From the NCBI GenBank assembly GCA_934247875.1, contig CAKQJZ010000001.1:352-64351 (forward strand): DNA of 64,000 nt, in the 5' to 3' direction. The notes beneath the pieces were generated by a model. The model was given only the letters and a program-made list of their open reading frames with translations. It was not told the origin of the DNA and did no database searches. Position numbers and translations under genes: made by a program. Below, piece by piece: positions 17,782-28,245 of this stretch (its first letter is position 1; each line of letters begins with the position of its first letter). This stretch comes from an uncultured Spirochaetales bacterium. Lineage in GTDB: Bacteria; Spirochaetota; Spirochaetia; Sphaerochaetales; Sphaerochaetaceae.

Positions 17782-18863
17782 TGTCTAGAAAAATGAATTT
17801 CTTCGCTGGTCCTTCTACAATGCCATTAGAAGTACTAGAAGCTATCCAAAAAGATATTGTTGATTACAAAGGCAAGGGCCTTTCAATGATTGAAGCATCC
17901 CACAGAGGTGGAATGTTTGAAGAGATGTATGATGAGTGCTTAGCTGATTTCAGAAAGCTATTGAATATCCCTGAGAACTACGATGTATATTTCCTCGGTG
18001 GCGGTGCAACTCTTCAGTTCACAATGATTCCTAATGCTTTCTTAAAGCCAGGCTTAGTTGCTGACTATTGCAGAACTGGTACATGGTCAAATAAAGCATG
18101 TGATGATGCTAAGAAGATTGGCGATGTCAATGTATACTTTGATGGAAAGGAAAGTGGATTCACAACTCTTCCAGATCCAAAGACAGTAAAGCCAAGTGAG
18201 AATTCTGCTTATCTATATCTATGCTCAAACGAGACAATCGGAGGCATTGAGTGGCAGTCATTCCCAACTACAGGTGATGTTCCTCTTATTGCAGATATGT
18301 CATCAGACATCCTCTCACGCCCAGTAGACGTTAAGAACTTCGCAATGATATATGGTGGTGTTCAGAAGAATCTGGGACCTGCTGGTGCTACATTCATCAT
18401 CATGAGACATGATATGCTAGAGCGTCAGAGAGAGAACCTCACTGCATACATGAACTACTCACTCCATGCAAAAGAGAAGGGACTATATAATACTCCTCCT
18501 GTTTTCTCTATCTGGGGTGTTAAGCTGATGCTTGAGTGGATCTTGAAAAATGGTGGAGCTGAAGGCATGGAGAAACGTGCTATTGAGAAATCTGGCTACA
18601 TCTATGATGTTATTGATTCTTCTCCTTTCTGGAGATGTCCTGTAGACAAGAACTATCGCTCAAGAATGAACGTAGTATTCCGTCTTCCAAGTGAAGAGCT
18701 AGAGGCTAAGTTCGTAGAAGAGAGCAAGAAGGAAGGCATGCTAGGTCTTAAGGGCCACAGAAGCGTTGGTGGTCTCCGTGCATCTCTATACAATTCACTG
18801 CCAATGGAAGATGCAAAAGCTCTTGCTGAGTTCATGAGAGAGTTCGAAAGAAAGAACGGTTGA
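17781..18863 (+). CDS. serC: phosphoserine aminotransferase
   Basis: The 360-aa ORF begins NFFAGPSTMPLEVLE and has a conserved GGVQKN-type PLP Lys region. Its start overlaps the serA stop (TGATG). Confidence 0.95.
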   Translation: MSRKMNFFAGPSTMPLEVLEAIQKDIVDYKGKGLSMIEASHRGGMFEEMYDECLADFRKLLNIPENYDVYFLGGGATLQFTMIPNAFLKPGLVADYCRTGTWSNKACDDAKKIGDVNVYFDGKESGFTTLPDPKTVKPSENSAYLYLCSNETIGGIEWQSFPTTGDVPLIADMSSDILSRPVDVKNFAMIYGGVQKNLGPAGATFIIMRHDMLERQRENLTAYMNYSLHAKEKGLYNTPPVFSIWGVKLMLEWILKNGGAEGMEKRAIEKSGYIYDVIDSSPFWRCPVDKNYRSRMNVVFRLPSEELEAKFVEESKKEGMLGLKGHRSVGGLRASLYNSLPMEDAKALAEFMREFERKNG

Positions 18864-18865
18864 TT

Positions 18866-19318
18866 ATGAAGAAGATTGACGAGACTAATAAGTCAATTAT
18901 CAAGCAGCTACAAGATGGAAGAAAGCCTTTCTCAGCTATTGCTGATGAGCTTAACATTACAGAAAACACTGTAAGGTCCAGAGTGAAATCACTTTTAGAG
19001 GAGGGCGTTCTCCAGATCTCCGGCTTAGTTAATCCAGAGTACATTCCTGGCATGCAGGTTGTAATGATGGGCGTTAAGCTAAAGACAATGGATCTTGAGA
19101 GGAAGGCCAAAGAGTTCTGCGAGCTTAGAGGCGTAGTTTCTGTAGCAGTTGTTACAGGGCGTTATGACTTGATGGTTCAGTTAGTGCTCTCTGAAGAAGA
19201 GAATCTCTCGCTCTTGCAATTCTTCTCAACAGAGGTAACTAAGATCGAAGATGTGCTTGATGTTGAGACATATGTGGTTTATCAATCGCATAATCTGATG
19301 GTTCCTTTTATTTTATGA
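18866..19318 (+). CDS. Lrp/AsnC family transcriptional regulator
   Basis: It has an N-terminal HTH (DETNKSIIKQLQDGRKPFSAIADELNITENTVRSRVKSL) and a C-terminal RAM-like domain. Confidence 0.85.
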   Translation: MKKIDETNKSIIKQLQDGRKPFSAIADELNITENTVRSRVKSLLEEGVLQISGLVNPEYIPGMQVVMMGVKLKTMDLERKAKEFCELRGVVSVAVVTGRYDLMVQLVLSEEENLSLLQFFSTEVTKIEDVLDVETYVVYQSHNLMVPFIL

Positions 19319-19329
19319 TTAATGATGAG

Positions 19330-19357
19330 TTCCCTAGCGCGCCTAGGGAATTCCTTT
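19330..19357 (+). terminator. rho-independent terminator after lrp
   Basis: An 8-bp stem pairs TTCCCTAG (19330-19337) with CTAGGGAA (19343-19350), followed by TTCCTTT. Confidence 0.6.
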
Positions 19358-19379
19358 GACTATATCTCCTCTCTGTTTT

Positions 19380-19390
19380 TGGTATATAAT
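19380..19390 (+). promoter_or_regulatory. extended -10 promoter candidate (TGGTATATAAT)
   Basis: A TGn-TATATA/TATAAT element lies 20-30 nt upstream of the 19411 ATG. The only TTGACT is 23 nt away, so a classical -35 is doubtful. Confidence 0.35.
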
Positions 19391-19410
19391 GATTTTAATT
19401 GGAGGCTTAA

Positions 19411-20388
19411 ATGGCATCACTTAATACTAAATATCTATCCATGGATCTTAAAAGCCCTGTAATCGTTTCAGCAGGTCCTCTTACTCAGAATATCGTATCG
19501 CTAAAGAAGTGTGAGGAAGCAGGTGCTGGTGCTGTTGTCCTGAAGTCAATCTTCGAGGAGCAGATTGAGAGCGATGTTTCTAATGAATATGATAGCAATG
19601 AGGAGTATCTGACACACTCAACAGCTGAAGCTGCTTATAAGGCACAGAGCAGGGATTTCTATATCGATAAGTATATGAAGCTTTTAGTAGCGGCTAAGAA
19701 GGAGCTTTCTATTCCTGTCATTGCATCTATTTGCTGCAAGAGCCGTGATAACTGGGCAGAGTATGCTTCTCGCTTTATCGCTTGCGGCGCAGATGCTATA
19801 GAGCTCAACTACTATCCGATTGCATCTGATGCTTCAGTTCCAGGCTCTGAGGTCGATAAAGCACTAGAGTCATTTGTGAAGTTTGCTAGAAAGAAGATCT
19901 CTTGTCCTCTTTCAATCAAGATTGGATATAAATATTCATCTCTTGCAAATACTATCAGAATGTTTGATAGAGAAGGCATTGATGCAGCTGTTCTATTCAA
20001 CAGATTCTTCCGTCCAGATATCGACATTGAATCAATGTCATTCATAAATGGCATTCCTACATCATCTCCTAATGATTATGGTGAAGCTCTTAGATGGATT
20101 GGGCTAATGAGCGGAGAGGTCAAGATGGATCTTGCAGGAAACACTGGAATATATAGCGGCGAAACTGCTATAAAGATGCTGTTGGCTGGTGCTAAGGCTG
20201 TAGAGGTTTGCTCTGTAGTCATCAAAGATGGCTTCTCTGCTATTACTAAGATCAATAGAGATATTGAATCATGGATGGAGAGAAAGAACTTTGCTGATAT
20301 TGCTTCTTTCTGTGGCAAGCTTGCTGAAGAGAGAAACAGTGAAGGCTATAAATGGGAGAGGACTCAGTTCCTGAAGACAATCAATTAA
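19411..20388 (+). CDS. dihydroorotate dehydrogenase-like (class 1 PyrD/PreA-like) flavoprotein
   Basis: The TIM-barrel flavoprotein pattern is present (SPVIVSAGPLT, AGAGAVVLKSIFEEQ, IELNYY, SIKIG, NRF). The ORF lacks a partner subunit gene nearby. Confidence 0.8.
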   Translation: MASLNTKYLSMDLKSPVIVSAGPLTQNIVSLKKCEEAGAGAVVLKSIFEEQIESDVSNEYDSNEEYLTHSTAEAAYKAQSRDFYIDKYMKLLVAAKKELSIPVIASICCKSRDNWAEYASRFIACGADAIELNYYPIASDASVPGSEVDKALESFVKFARKKISCPLSIKIGYKYSSLANTIRMFDREGIDAAVLFNRFFRPDIDIESMSFINGIPTSSPNDYGEALRWIGLMSGEVKMDLAGNTGIYSGETAIKMLLAGAKAVEVCSVVIKDGFSAITKINRDIESWMERKNFADIASFCGKLAEERNSEGYKWERTQFLKTIN

Positions 20389-21512
20389 TGAACTATTCTG
20401 AATATGAAGATATTGCGCCTTATAGAGGCGAAGCTGTAAAAGAGGCAATAGCTAGACTCCTTGAAAAACGTGAGTTCTTAGGAGCTTTTGCCTATGTTAT
20501 TGCTAATGGCGATTTTGAAGCTGCTAAGAAGATCATCGATACTATCATGGCAAGCATCAAGAAGGTCCAAAGCTATGAAGATTTCCAGCGCTATGTTACA
20601 GCAGGTGTTCTGATTCCTGCTGTGCTTGAGAAGACTACTTCTGAGTTTAGCGTCAGCGGTGTTGAGAAGCTTGATCCTAATAAGGGTTATCTCTTTATTT
20701 CTACTCATAGAGATATAATCCTGGATTGCGCACTTCTTGATTATGCACTGATGAAGGGCGGCAAGCCTTTTTGCGAGATGGCTTTTGGCGACAATCTCAT
20801 TGCAAATAAGTTTGTTGAAGATCTATTCAGATTGAATGGTGGCGTAATAGTCAGAAGAGAGCTTCCTCTAAGAGAGAAATATCTTGAGTCTATTAAGCTC
20901 AGCAAGTACTTTGTCGATGTTGTTACTGAAGAGAATAAATCAATCTGGGTTGCGCAGAAATCAGGACGCAGCAAAGATGGCATAGATAATACTCAGCCAG
21001 GCATTATCAAGATGCTCTATCTCTCAAAGCGTGGCAGTGGCATTAGCTTCTCAGATTTGATTAAGAGCGTGAATATCGTGCCTGTTGCTATTAGCTATCA
21101 ATATGACCCGAATGATATCAACAAGGGTAGAGAAGAAGTCAAGAAGGCAATGGACGGCGGTCACTATGAGAAGAAGAAATATGAAGATCTCATTAGCATG
21201 GTCCGTGGCATGAGATGTGCTAAAGGCAAAGTTCATGTTTCAATTGGAGATCCTCTTACTGCTGAATATTCAAATCCAGAAGAAGTTGCACGCGAGATAG
21301 ATAGGCAGATCCATAAAATCTATAAGCTATATAACACAAACTATATTGCTTATGACTATCTTGAGCATAGCAAAAGATTCACATCTCTATATGATGGTCT
21401 TGATCCAGAAGCATTCATCAATAGCTTCTCTCACTTGAAAGAAGATGTAAGAGACTATGTCTTGAATGCTTATGCTAACCCTGTTCGAATGATGCTAAGT
21501 GAAGAAAATTAG
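20388..21512 (+). CDS. glycerol/lysophospholipid acyltransferase family protein (PlsC-like)
   Basis: The HX4D acyltransferase motif is STHRDIILD. The start was set at the ATG that overlaps the upstream stop (TAATG). Confidence 0.7.
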   Translation: MNYSEYEDIAPYRGEAVKEAIARLLEKREFLGAFAYVIANGDFEAAKKIIDTIMASIKKVQSYEDFQRYVTAGVLIPAVLEKTTSEFSVSGVEKLDPNKGYLFISTHRDIILDCALLDYALMKGGKPFCEMAFGDNLIANKFVEDLFRLNGGVIVRRELPLREKYLESIKLSKYFVDVVTEENKSIWVAQKSGRSKDGIDNTQPGIIKMLYLSKRGSGISFSDLIKSVNIVPVAISYQYDPNDINKGREEVKKAMDGGHYEKKKYEDLISMVRGMRCAKGKVHVSIGDPLTAEYSNPEEVAREIDRQIHKIYKLYNTNYIAYDYLEHSKRFTSLYDGLDPEAFINSFSHLKEDVRDYVLNAYANPVRMMLSEEN

Positions 21513-22080
21513 ACTCTGCTTGATATTATTGATCACTCTCTCTTTCGCCTCTTGTGCGAAGGAGGGGTTTGACCTTTATTCTGTAAAAGCAGTCAGAAAA
21601 ATCAGTGCAAGCGTCGATAAAGACGGAGTGCTACTTGGCATAAAAGAGTGCGTAGCGCTTAACGTAAGACTCTCTGATGATGAAATCTACACATATAGAG
21701 TAAGCTATCCAGATCTTGATCTGGCTTATGAGGGCACTATAAGAAATGGAGAAGAAGCAATTCTTGAGATTACTCAAGGTGCTCATTTCGCATCAGGTGA
21801 ATATAAAGTTGTAATCACCAATGAAGACGGAAGCGATAAAGATTCTTCATTTGCGCTTTTATCTTATGATTTAGATAATCTTCCGCACTATGATTCAAGT
21901 GGCATTTATAAAGGTTCTGAGAATGTTGTTATTGCTCTAGAAAACAATGATGGAATAGTCTCAGCTACTCCAGATGATTCAATAGATTTATCTGCGTTTA
22001 GCAGTGCAATATTCACATATCGCGATAAGTATGGAAATGAGATAACTCTCAAAGAAGAGTTAATGAGTCCTTCCAACTAG
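21499..22080 (+). CDS. lipoprotein, function unknown
   Basis: It has a GTG start and a signal peptide with lipobox (LITLSFASC). Confidence 0.6.
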   Translation: MKKIRLCLILLITLSFASCAKEGFDLYSVKAVRKISASVDKDGVLLGIKECVALNVRLSDDEIYTYRVSYPDLDLAYEGTIRNGEEAILEITQGAHFASGEYKVVITNEDGSDKDSSFALLSYDLDNLPHYDSSGIYKGSENVVIALENNDGIVSATPDDSIDLSAFSSAIFTYRDKYGNEITLKEELMSPSN

Positions 22081-23874
22081 CTCTCTTAGCTTCTTTTCAG
22101 ATACTTTAATCAGGAATGTTCTTCCATGAGGGCAGACTGGCTCACTCATTCTGAATACTTTATCAAGGAGTGCTTCTGCGCTCCACTTGTCGATAGAGTC
22201 TCCTGCTTTGATTGCAGCTTTGCACGCAATTATCGCAAATAGCTTCGCATCGAGTTCTTCTTCATCTGCTCTTGCGCTAGTTATGAAGTCAGTAAGCTCT
22301 GTCTCTATTCCCCTGCATACAGCAGGCAGTGCGTTGATTTCCCACTTGCCATCAGCTTCACGAGAAAGCATAATGCCAAGAGTTGTATAGATATGTGAGT
22401 GGTTAGTCAGAAATGCATCTGTTTCACTATCAACTTCAAGCTTTATTGGAACAAGCAGTGGCTGGATTGTATTCTGCTCCAGAAGCTCATTGTATAGTAT
22501 TCTCTCATGTGCAGCATGCTGATCGACAAGGTATAGATCATCATCTTTTTCTGCTATCAGAAATAGATTGAATGCCTGTCCAATGTAACGGAAAGAAATC
22601 TTTTCTTCTTTTGCTTCTTCCTTTATCTCAGCTTTTATCTCTTCTTTTGCTTTTTCATTAAGTTCTCTTAGCTTCTTGGCTTTCTCGACCCAATCTCTAT
22701 CGCTGCTTCTGTATTCAGTTCTTCTCTCTGTTAGAAGAGAACTTGAAGGCTCTTCTTTTATTCGTTCTTTAGGGATATAGCTAGAGAATGTCTCTCTTTT
22801 CTCTTCTTTGAATGAAGAGAATGTCTCTTTAGAAGAGGAGGGGATATAGAATTCTTTTTGAACTGGCTCAAGCGTAGGTATCTTTCTCTCTGCGCTCTTC
22901 TTTATAAGCGTTGTAATCGCATGATGAATCTCTTGCAGATTTCTTAGCTTCACTTCTTTTTTAGCAGGATGGATATTGAAATCTACAAGCTCGCTTTTAT
23001 CCTCTATGAAGAGAGAAGCCACAGGGTAGCTTCCTCCTGGGAGCATCTCACCGTAGCCATAGATTATTGCCTGTACAAGCGAGTATTCTTCAACAGGTCT
23101 TTTATTGACAAAGACTCTGATCTCTTTTCTATCGCTTCGCTTAACAGCTGAGCTTCCACCGATGATTGTGATTGAGAAGTCATCATAATCCTGATGCATC
23201 TCTGTGAAGTCTCCATCAAAATATCCAAGAGATCTATAGTAGAACATCACTCTCTCTTTGAGTGTTTCCACGCTTGGCCAATCCAAGCGCAATGCACCAT
23301 CTATAGTGAGTGTGAATCTGATATGAGGAAAAGCAAGTGCTTTGATAGTCAGAAGATTCCTGCAAAGCTGCGCTTCTGTAGCGTTGCGCTTTAAGAATGC
23401 ACGACGCGCTGGAATATCTTTAAAGAGGTCTTCTGCTTCAACTACTGTGCCTTCTGCTGGGCCTCCATCTTCAACTTCATAACGCTTTCCATTATCTATT
23501 ACAAGAGTTGATCCCTCTCCACTCTCTTTAGCTCTTGTTCTGATAGTAAGTTTTGAGACAGATGAGATAGAGTAGAGAGCTTCTCCACGGAATCCCATTG
23601 TGTTGATAGTATATAAATCATCAGAGTCTTTTATCTTGCTTGTTGCGTGGCGTTTGCCAATGAGCTCTAAGTCATCACGCAAAATCCCAGAGCCATTATC
23701 TTGGACTCTGATAAGGTCAATGCCACCACCTTCTATAGTAACTCTGATCTCAGTTGCACCAGAATCGATTGCGTTATCGAGGAATTCTCGAAGTACAGAT
23801 TGAGGCCTTTCAATTACCTCTCCTGCTGCGATTCTTGCAGATAGGAGAGGGGATAGCAGATTGATTCTCTGCAT
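22060..23874 (-). CDS. mutL: DNA mismatch repair protein MutL
   Basis: The GHKL ATPase N-terminus is IAAGEVIERPQSVLREFLDNAIDSGA, with GFRGEAL also present. The C-terminal dimerisation domain carries the DQHAAHERILYE motif. Confidence 0.95.
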   Translation of the reverse strand: MQRINLLSPLLSARIAAGEVIERPQSVLREFLDNAIDSGATEIRVTIEGGGIDLIRVQDNGSGILRDDLELIGKRHATSKIKDSDDLYTINTMGFRGEALYSISSVSKLTIRTRAKESGEGSTLVIDNGKRYEVEDGGPAEGTVVEAEDLFKDIPARRAFLKRNATEAQLCRNLLTIKALAFPHIRFTLTIDGALRLDWPSVETLKERVMFYYRSLGYFDGDFTEMHQDYDDFSITIIGGSSAVKRSDRKEIRVFVNKRPVEEYSLVQAIIYGYGEMLPGGSYPVASLFIEDKSELVDFNIHPAKKEVKLRNLQEIHHAITTLIKKSAERKIPTLEPVQKEFYIPSSSKETFSSFKEEKRETFSSYIPKERIKEEPSSSLLTERRTEYRSSDRDWVEKAKKLRELNEKAKEEIKAEIKEEAKEEKISFRYIGQAFNLFLIAEKDDDLYLVDQHAAHERILYNELLEQNTIQPLLVPIKLEVDSETDAFLTNHSHIYTTLGIMLSREADGKWEINALPAVCRGIETELTDFITSARADEEELDAKLFAIIACKAAIKAGDSIDKWSAEALLDKVFRMSEPVCPHGRTFLIKVSEKKLRELVGRTH

Positions 23875-26800
23875 TAGAAATGAATCCTTGTAGTTACAGA
23901 TAGAGACTGTGTAGTATTGCCACTATAGACAGCATTAGTGTTTACATATGGGTTCGCAGTACTATAGCCAGAGCTCATGAGTGCTGTTGCATACTCAGCG
24001 CTGAGATTGAGAATACCATAAGACCAATCAAATCCAAGTGAGAATAGAGTGTTCTTATCTTTGATGACTTCCTCAATTACAGTTGAGCTATCGAACAGCT
24101 TAATGAAGCCACGTCTATCAAGTGTGCCATAGAGTGTCAAAGCATCGTTGAATGCATATGCAAGCTTCAAGCTGAATAGGTCATCTTCGACATTCTTATA
24201 ATTAGTTCTGAGCTCCTCTATATTCGAAGTAGTATAAGCTAAATCGAGATATAGGCGCTTGAATGTGAATGTTGATGAGATCTTACCATAGAAGCCATCT
24301 GCACTGCTGGACCCTGAGAGGCCTAGACTATTTGTAGCGTTGGTTGCAGTTGGTATCTCGTTGTAGATAGATGTGAATCTATTGTACATATCTGGTGTGA
24401 GATTACCGATTCTGTATCCTCCTTGTACTGTTAATGCTACTTTGTCAAAATCAAGTTTAAGCTCACCACCGACAAGTGCTGAAGAGAAATTCTTGTTCTC
24501 AAAGTCATAGATGACAGAACTCTGAGAAGGAACTCCATCTTTATATTCAACACCAACATGTCCAATAGCAAGTGCTGAAAGAGTAACCATCTTCTTGTAG
24601 ACTGGGATATCCAATCTGAACTCTGGATAGTAGTTCATATCGAAATTCTTCAGATCCTTGAAGAGAATCTCAAGAGGCATGTTGATTCCGATAGAAAGCT
24701 TATTGATGCCAAGAGGAAGAACAGCAATGCTCAATTCTCCGATATGAGGAGACTCAAGGTTATCAACAAATGCACTGAGGGCTAGGTTAGTGAAGTTGAA
24801 GCCAGTTCTAAGAGAGAGGGCTTCTGTCTTACCAAATGATGTGAATAGAGTTCCATTCTTTCTCCAGCCACGCTCAAGCATCAAGTAAGCAACGTTATTG
24901 CTGCCTCCAAGCTTGAGTCCATCGATAATGGAAACAGAGTCTGTGACAGTTCTGAATGCTTTTCTCGTTGCGCTAGTCTCAGATGCTCCAAAGTCCCACC
25001 ACTTATTGCCATTCTGGCCCTCAATTGAGAACTCTTTGTTATCTTTGAATGAAAGCTGAAGTGGAGCACGGAGTGCAATGAAGTAGTCATCATTGCCGAT
25101 AGTTAGAATAGGCTTCATCAGATAAGCTGCTTTATCTTCTGCGAAGCGGTAGTTATAGCCAGTGATGAGATCGAAATGAACTAATGACTTCTTATCTCTT
25201 TCTTTGCTCTCTTTAGCACTCTTATCTGAAGAGAGGAATGATGCTGTTGCACCATATGTCAAGAAGAAGTGCTTGTTCTCAAAGTCTGTAATGCCAGCTT
25301 TGAGGTATGTAGTGACACTTGGGAAAGTGAAATCCAATCCACCATAGATCTTAGCATTGGCATTCTTATAAGATGCAAGTGTTGTATAGTTCTGGATATT
25401 TGCTCCAGCAGATATTCTGAGCTGATTGAATTTCAGATAGATAGATGCATCTAAGAAGCTATTCTGCTCTATGATTGTCATATCTTTAAGCGCTACATCA
25501 AAGAAGATGTTTGCTTTAGCGCCAAATACATCTCCACTGTAGCCAAACTTAGAAGCAACTGTAAGAATGCTTGTATCTGTAATAGTTGAATCTGGCTTGT
25601 AGTTAGAGCTGTCTACGCTATTGTAGTGAAGAGGACCGTTAGTATAGTGGATACCAGGTTCTGCACTGAATGCTCCAAACTTGATAGGAAGTGTTCCGCT
25701 TATCAAGCATCCAGATTTATCAATCTCATATTCGCTGATTGTATTAGGATTGAATGCAAGTGAAATTCCTGCTTTCATTCCTACATAGTTCTTTCCGTTT
25801 GTATAGAAAGGAAGGTAGAAAGAGAACTGAGGATAGAGATTCATTGACTCTGTGAAGTTATTCAAGTCTGTTGCAGCAAGAAGACCAAGAGTGAAACCAA
25901 CTGGAGTATCATGAGAGAGTCTTGTATCTGTATCGACTCCGAATACGAATGCTCTATCTGTATTTAGAAGCAGATCATTGCCGTAAACTCTGAGCTTGAA
26001 TCTTGGGTAGCTTAGATTCATCTGGAGCCCGAGTCTCTCTGTCTTTCCATCCCAGATGTGGTTAACGCCTCTATATAGGCCTACAGAGTCACCTTCAACA
26101 TCTGTTGATTTGTCGATTGTGATATCAAAATGCTCATTGAGTGTTCTGAATCTGAAGCTTTCAAGGAATGCAATTGAATACCTTACCCAATCCATTGTTG
26201 TCTTATTATCCTGGTAAGAGAGAATGTGGATAGGGTCTAAGTTCAAAGTCAAAGCCATTGAACCGTATTTGAATAGAGGCTGGAATGAGAAGTTGAGAGA
26301 TTGCTCATTAGTCTCACTATCTGTGAATGCGCGAGTTGAGAATAGTACGTCAAATACGAAGTTCTTCTTTACGCTGCCTGTAATCTCTTCTCTCTCAATA
26401 GGCTTTGCTTCTTCTTTTGCTTCTATTGCCTCTGGTGGAATAACTACTGGTGCAATTCCTGTTATTGTTTCCTTCAGAGGCTCTTCTGCTTTAATTTCAA
26501 CAGGTTCAGCTTTTGGCTGGAAGAGTGATGCAGGCTTAGTAAAGCGTCCGCTGATTATAACAGGGAGTGTGACAAGTTCACTAGATACAGATACAGCAGA
26601 TTTCTTTGGCTTGATATCTTTAAGAGTTGAGATTGAAGTAATAGAGAACTTTGGACTTTCTGGAACTTTTGCAACGAGTTCGCTCTTTACTACTCTGAGA
26701 GAAGGTACTGATGCTACTTTGATTTCATCTATTATGTTCTCTAGATTTGCACTCTTGATAGATAGATTTGGTTTTTCTGGCTCAGTATTCTTAAGTACAG

Positions 26801-27410
26801 CTTCTACTCTGATTTCAGGTGCTTTAGGAGGTGTCTTAAGCGCTTCAAGTAAAGCTTCATCGACTGTGATCCTCCTGATCTGATCTTTTTCTAGTGCATA
26901 GATAGCACCTTCGATGTAATCAAGCTTAGACATAGGGTCTATAGCATATTCATCGAGTGTGATTCCATCGAGTGCGATTACTACACTATCTGAAAGGTTA
27001 TAGAAAAGCTCTTCATCTTCTGTTGTTGTGAATGCATATTCACCAGGTGCGTTGATATCTACATGTGTTGTTGGTGTGTAGACAGACACAAGGCTTTCAC
27101 TTTCAGAAATTACATTCATTGAGCCATTGATGAGGAAAAGCGTAAACGGATCGCTTTCTGCAAAGAAAAGATCGCTGTTTGCTCTGAGGTAGATATCTTC
27201 TCCTTCTCCAGATAGCTTAACATCCTGGTCTTTGACTCTTATCAAATAGCCAGGTTTGGTTATATTGCATTCAGCGCTTTTCTCAGCGTTTTCAGTGTAT
27301 AACTCAATGCTAGCTTTGCTCTCTTCATTGATAGTTGCTAATGTGCTTTTAGCGCTCAAAGAAAATACTATTGATAATGCTATTAATATTGCTATTGAAC
27401 TTTTCTTCAT
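23874..27410 (-). CDS. 1178-aa secreted/outer-membrane protein with an N-terminal FecR-like region, a Pro/Glu/Lys linker and a large C-terminal beta-barrel-like region
   Basis: It has a signal peptide (MKKSSIAILIALSIVFSLSA). The C-terminal roughly 800 aa show an alternating hydrophobic pattern and end in ...TTRIHF, an aromatic beta-signal. The FecR-like assignment is tentative. Confidence 0.75.
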   Translation of the reverse strand: MKKSSIAILIALSIVFSLSAKSTLATINEESKASIELYTENAEKSAECNITKPGYLIRVKDQDVKLSGEGEDIYLRANSDLFFAESDPFTLFLINGSMNVISESESLVSVYTPTTHVDINAPGEYAFTTTEDEELFYNLSDSVVIALDGITLDEYAIDPMSKLDYIEGAIYALEKDQIRRITVDEALLEALKTPPKAPEIRVEAVLKNTEPEKPNLSIKSANLENIIDEIKVASVPSLRVVKSELVAKVPESPKFSITSISTLKDIKPKKSAVSVSSELVTLPVIISGRFTKPASLFQPKAEPVEIKAEEPLKETITGIAPVVIPPEAIEAKEEAKPIEREEITGSVKKNFVFDVLFSTRAFTDSETNEQSLNFSFQPLFKYGSMALTLNLDPIHILSYQDNKTTMDWVRYSIAFLESFRFRTLNEHFDITIDKSTDVEGDSVGLYRGVNHIWDGKTERLGLQMNLSYPRFKLRVYGNDLLLNTDRAFVFGVDTDTRLSHDTPVGFTLGLLAATDLNNFTESMNLYPQFSFYLPFYTNGKNYVGMKAGISLAFNPNTISEYEIDKSGCLISGTLPIKFGAFSAEPGIHYTNGPLHYNSVDSSNYKPDSTITDTSILTVASKFGYSGDVFGAKANIFFDVALKDMTIIEQNSFLDASIYLKFNQLRISAGANIQNYTTLASYKNANAKIYGGLDFTFPSVTTYLKAGITDFENKHFFLTYGATASFLSSDKSAKESKERDKKSLVHFDLITGYNYRFAEDKAAYLMKPILTIGNDDYFIALRAPLQLSFKDNKEFSIEGQNGNKWWDFGASETSATRKAFRTVTDSVSIIDGLKLGGSNNVAYLMLERGWRKNGTLFTSFGKTEALSLRTGFNFTNLALSAFVDNLESPHIGELSIAVLPLGINKLSIGINMPLEILFKDLKNFDMNYYPEFRLDIPVYKKMVTLSALAIGHVGVEYKDGVPSQSSVIYDFENKNFSSALVGGELKLDFDKVALTVQGGYRIGNLTPDMYNRFTSIYNEIPTATNATNSLGLSGSSSADGFYGKISSTFTFKRLYLDLAYTTSNIEELRTNYKNVEDDLFSLKLAYAFNDALTLYGTLDRRGFIKLFDSSTVIEEVIKDKNTLFSLGFDWSYGILNLSAEYATALMSSGYSTANPYVNTNAVYSGNTTQSLSVTTRIHF

Positions 27411-27465
27411 TTCTACCTCAAAACGATGACAAACATCTCACTATAGTCTAGCACAAAGATAGTAG

Positions 27466-28245
27466 CTATGAAATATCGGAATCTTTGCTCTTTTCAAGTG
27501 CGCAATTGAATGTGTGCGCATGATATATGTGCTCTCTTGTGAGCTTGTCGATATGGCATAGCTCTTTGACAATCGGCTTGAGTTTCGATCTGATATTTGT
27601 CTGATCATATGGGCATACAGGCTTTACTGTCGGAAGGTTATATGCCTCAGATAACCTATGTGTTACATTTTCATGAATTTCAATAAGCGGCCTTATTATA
27701 TGAAGCTTTCCGTCAAAGAATTCCTGGACAGGATTCATTGTTGAGAAATCGGCTCTGAAGCATAGATTCATAAGAGATGTCTCAACTAAATCATCAAGGT
27801 GATGGCCCATTGCAATCAGCTTCACATCATTTTCTTTGGCATATTCAAAGAGTATTCTTCTTCTGTTTCTTGCACATAGATAGCAGTTGAAATCACCTTT
27901 GAATGAGTCTGGAAACTGCTTTTCATCTAAAATCTGGAAAGGAATATCTAGAGCTTCAAAGTAATCTTTCAATAGACCTCGATATTCTTCAGGGATAGGG
28001 TGCTCTATCCAGTTGATCATCAATCCTTTGAGCTTATATGTAACAGGCATCCATTTGCGTCTTAGAGAGAGCGCAAGTGCAAGCGCAAGGCTGTCTTTGC
28101 CACCAGAGACAGCTAGGAGCACTTCATCTCCCTCTTTTATCATGTTGTATTCATTGATTGCTTTTCCAGCACCTTTGATGAATCTCATTACCCATGGTGG
28201 GATATCACCATTGATCAAATCGAGATAACTTGCTTTTTCATTCAT
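27466..28245 (-). CDS. PP-loop ATPase, TtcA-like tRNA 2-thiolation protein
   Basis: It has the PP-loop SGGKDS and the Cys motif NCYLCARNRRR, typical of the TtcA family. Confidence 0.8.
   Translation of the reverse strand: MNEKASYLDLINGDIPPWVMRFIKGAGKAINEYNMIKEGDEVLLAVSGGKDSLALALALSLRRKWMPVTYKLKGLMINWIEHPIPEEYRGLLKDYFEALDIPFQILDEKQFPDSFKGDFNCYLCARNRRRILFEYAKENDVKLIAMGHHLDDLVETSLMNLCFRADFSTMNPVQEFFDGKLHIIRPLIEIHENVTHRLSEAYNLPTVKPVCPYDQTNIRSKLKPIVKELCHIDKLTREHIYHAHTFNCALEKSKDSDIS

Noticed and set aside
19356-19390. TTGACT and TATAAT could form a classical -35/-10 pair upstream of the PyrD-like gene.
   Set aside because: The spacer would be 23 nt, too long for a sigma70 promoter. I kept only the extended -10 reading, at low confidence.
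26224-26883. A 219-aa plus-strand ORF lies inside the 1178-aa OMP gene.
   Set aside because: It is antisense to a much longer, well-supported ORF. Its translation is Ser/Leu/Phe/Thr-rich and low in complexity, with no start context. This is a typical shadow ORF.
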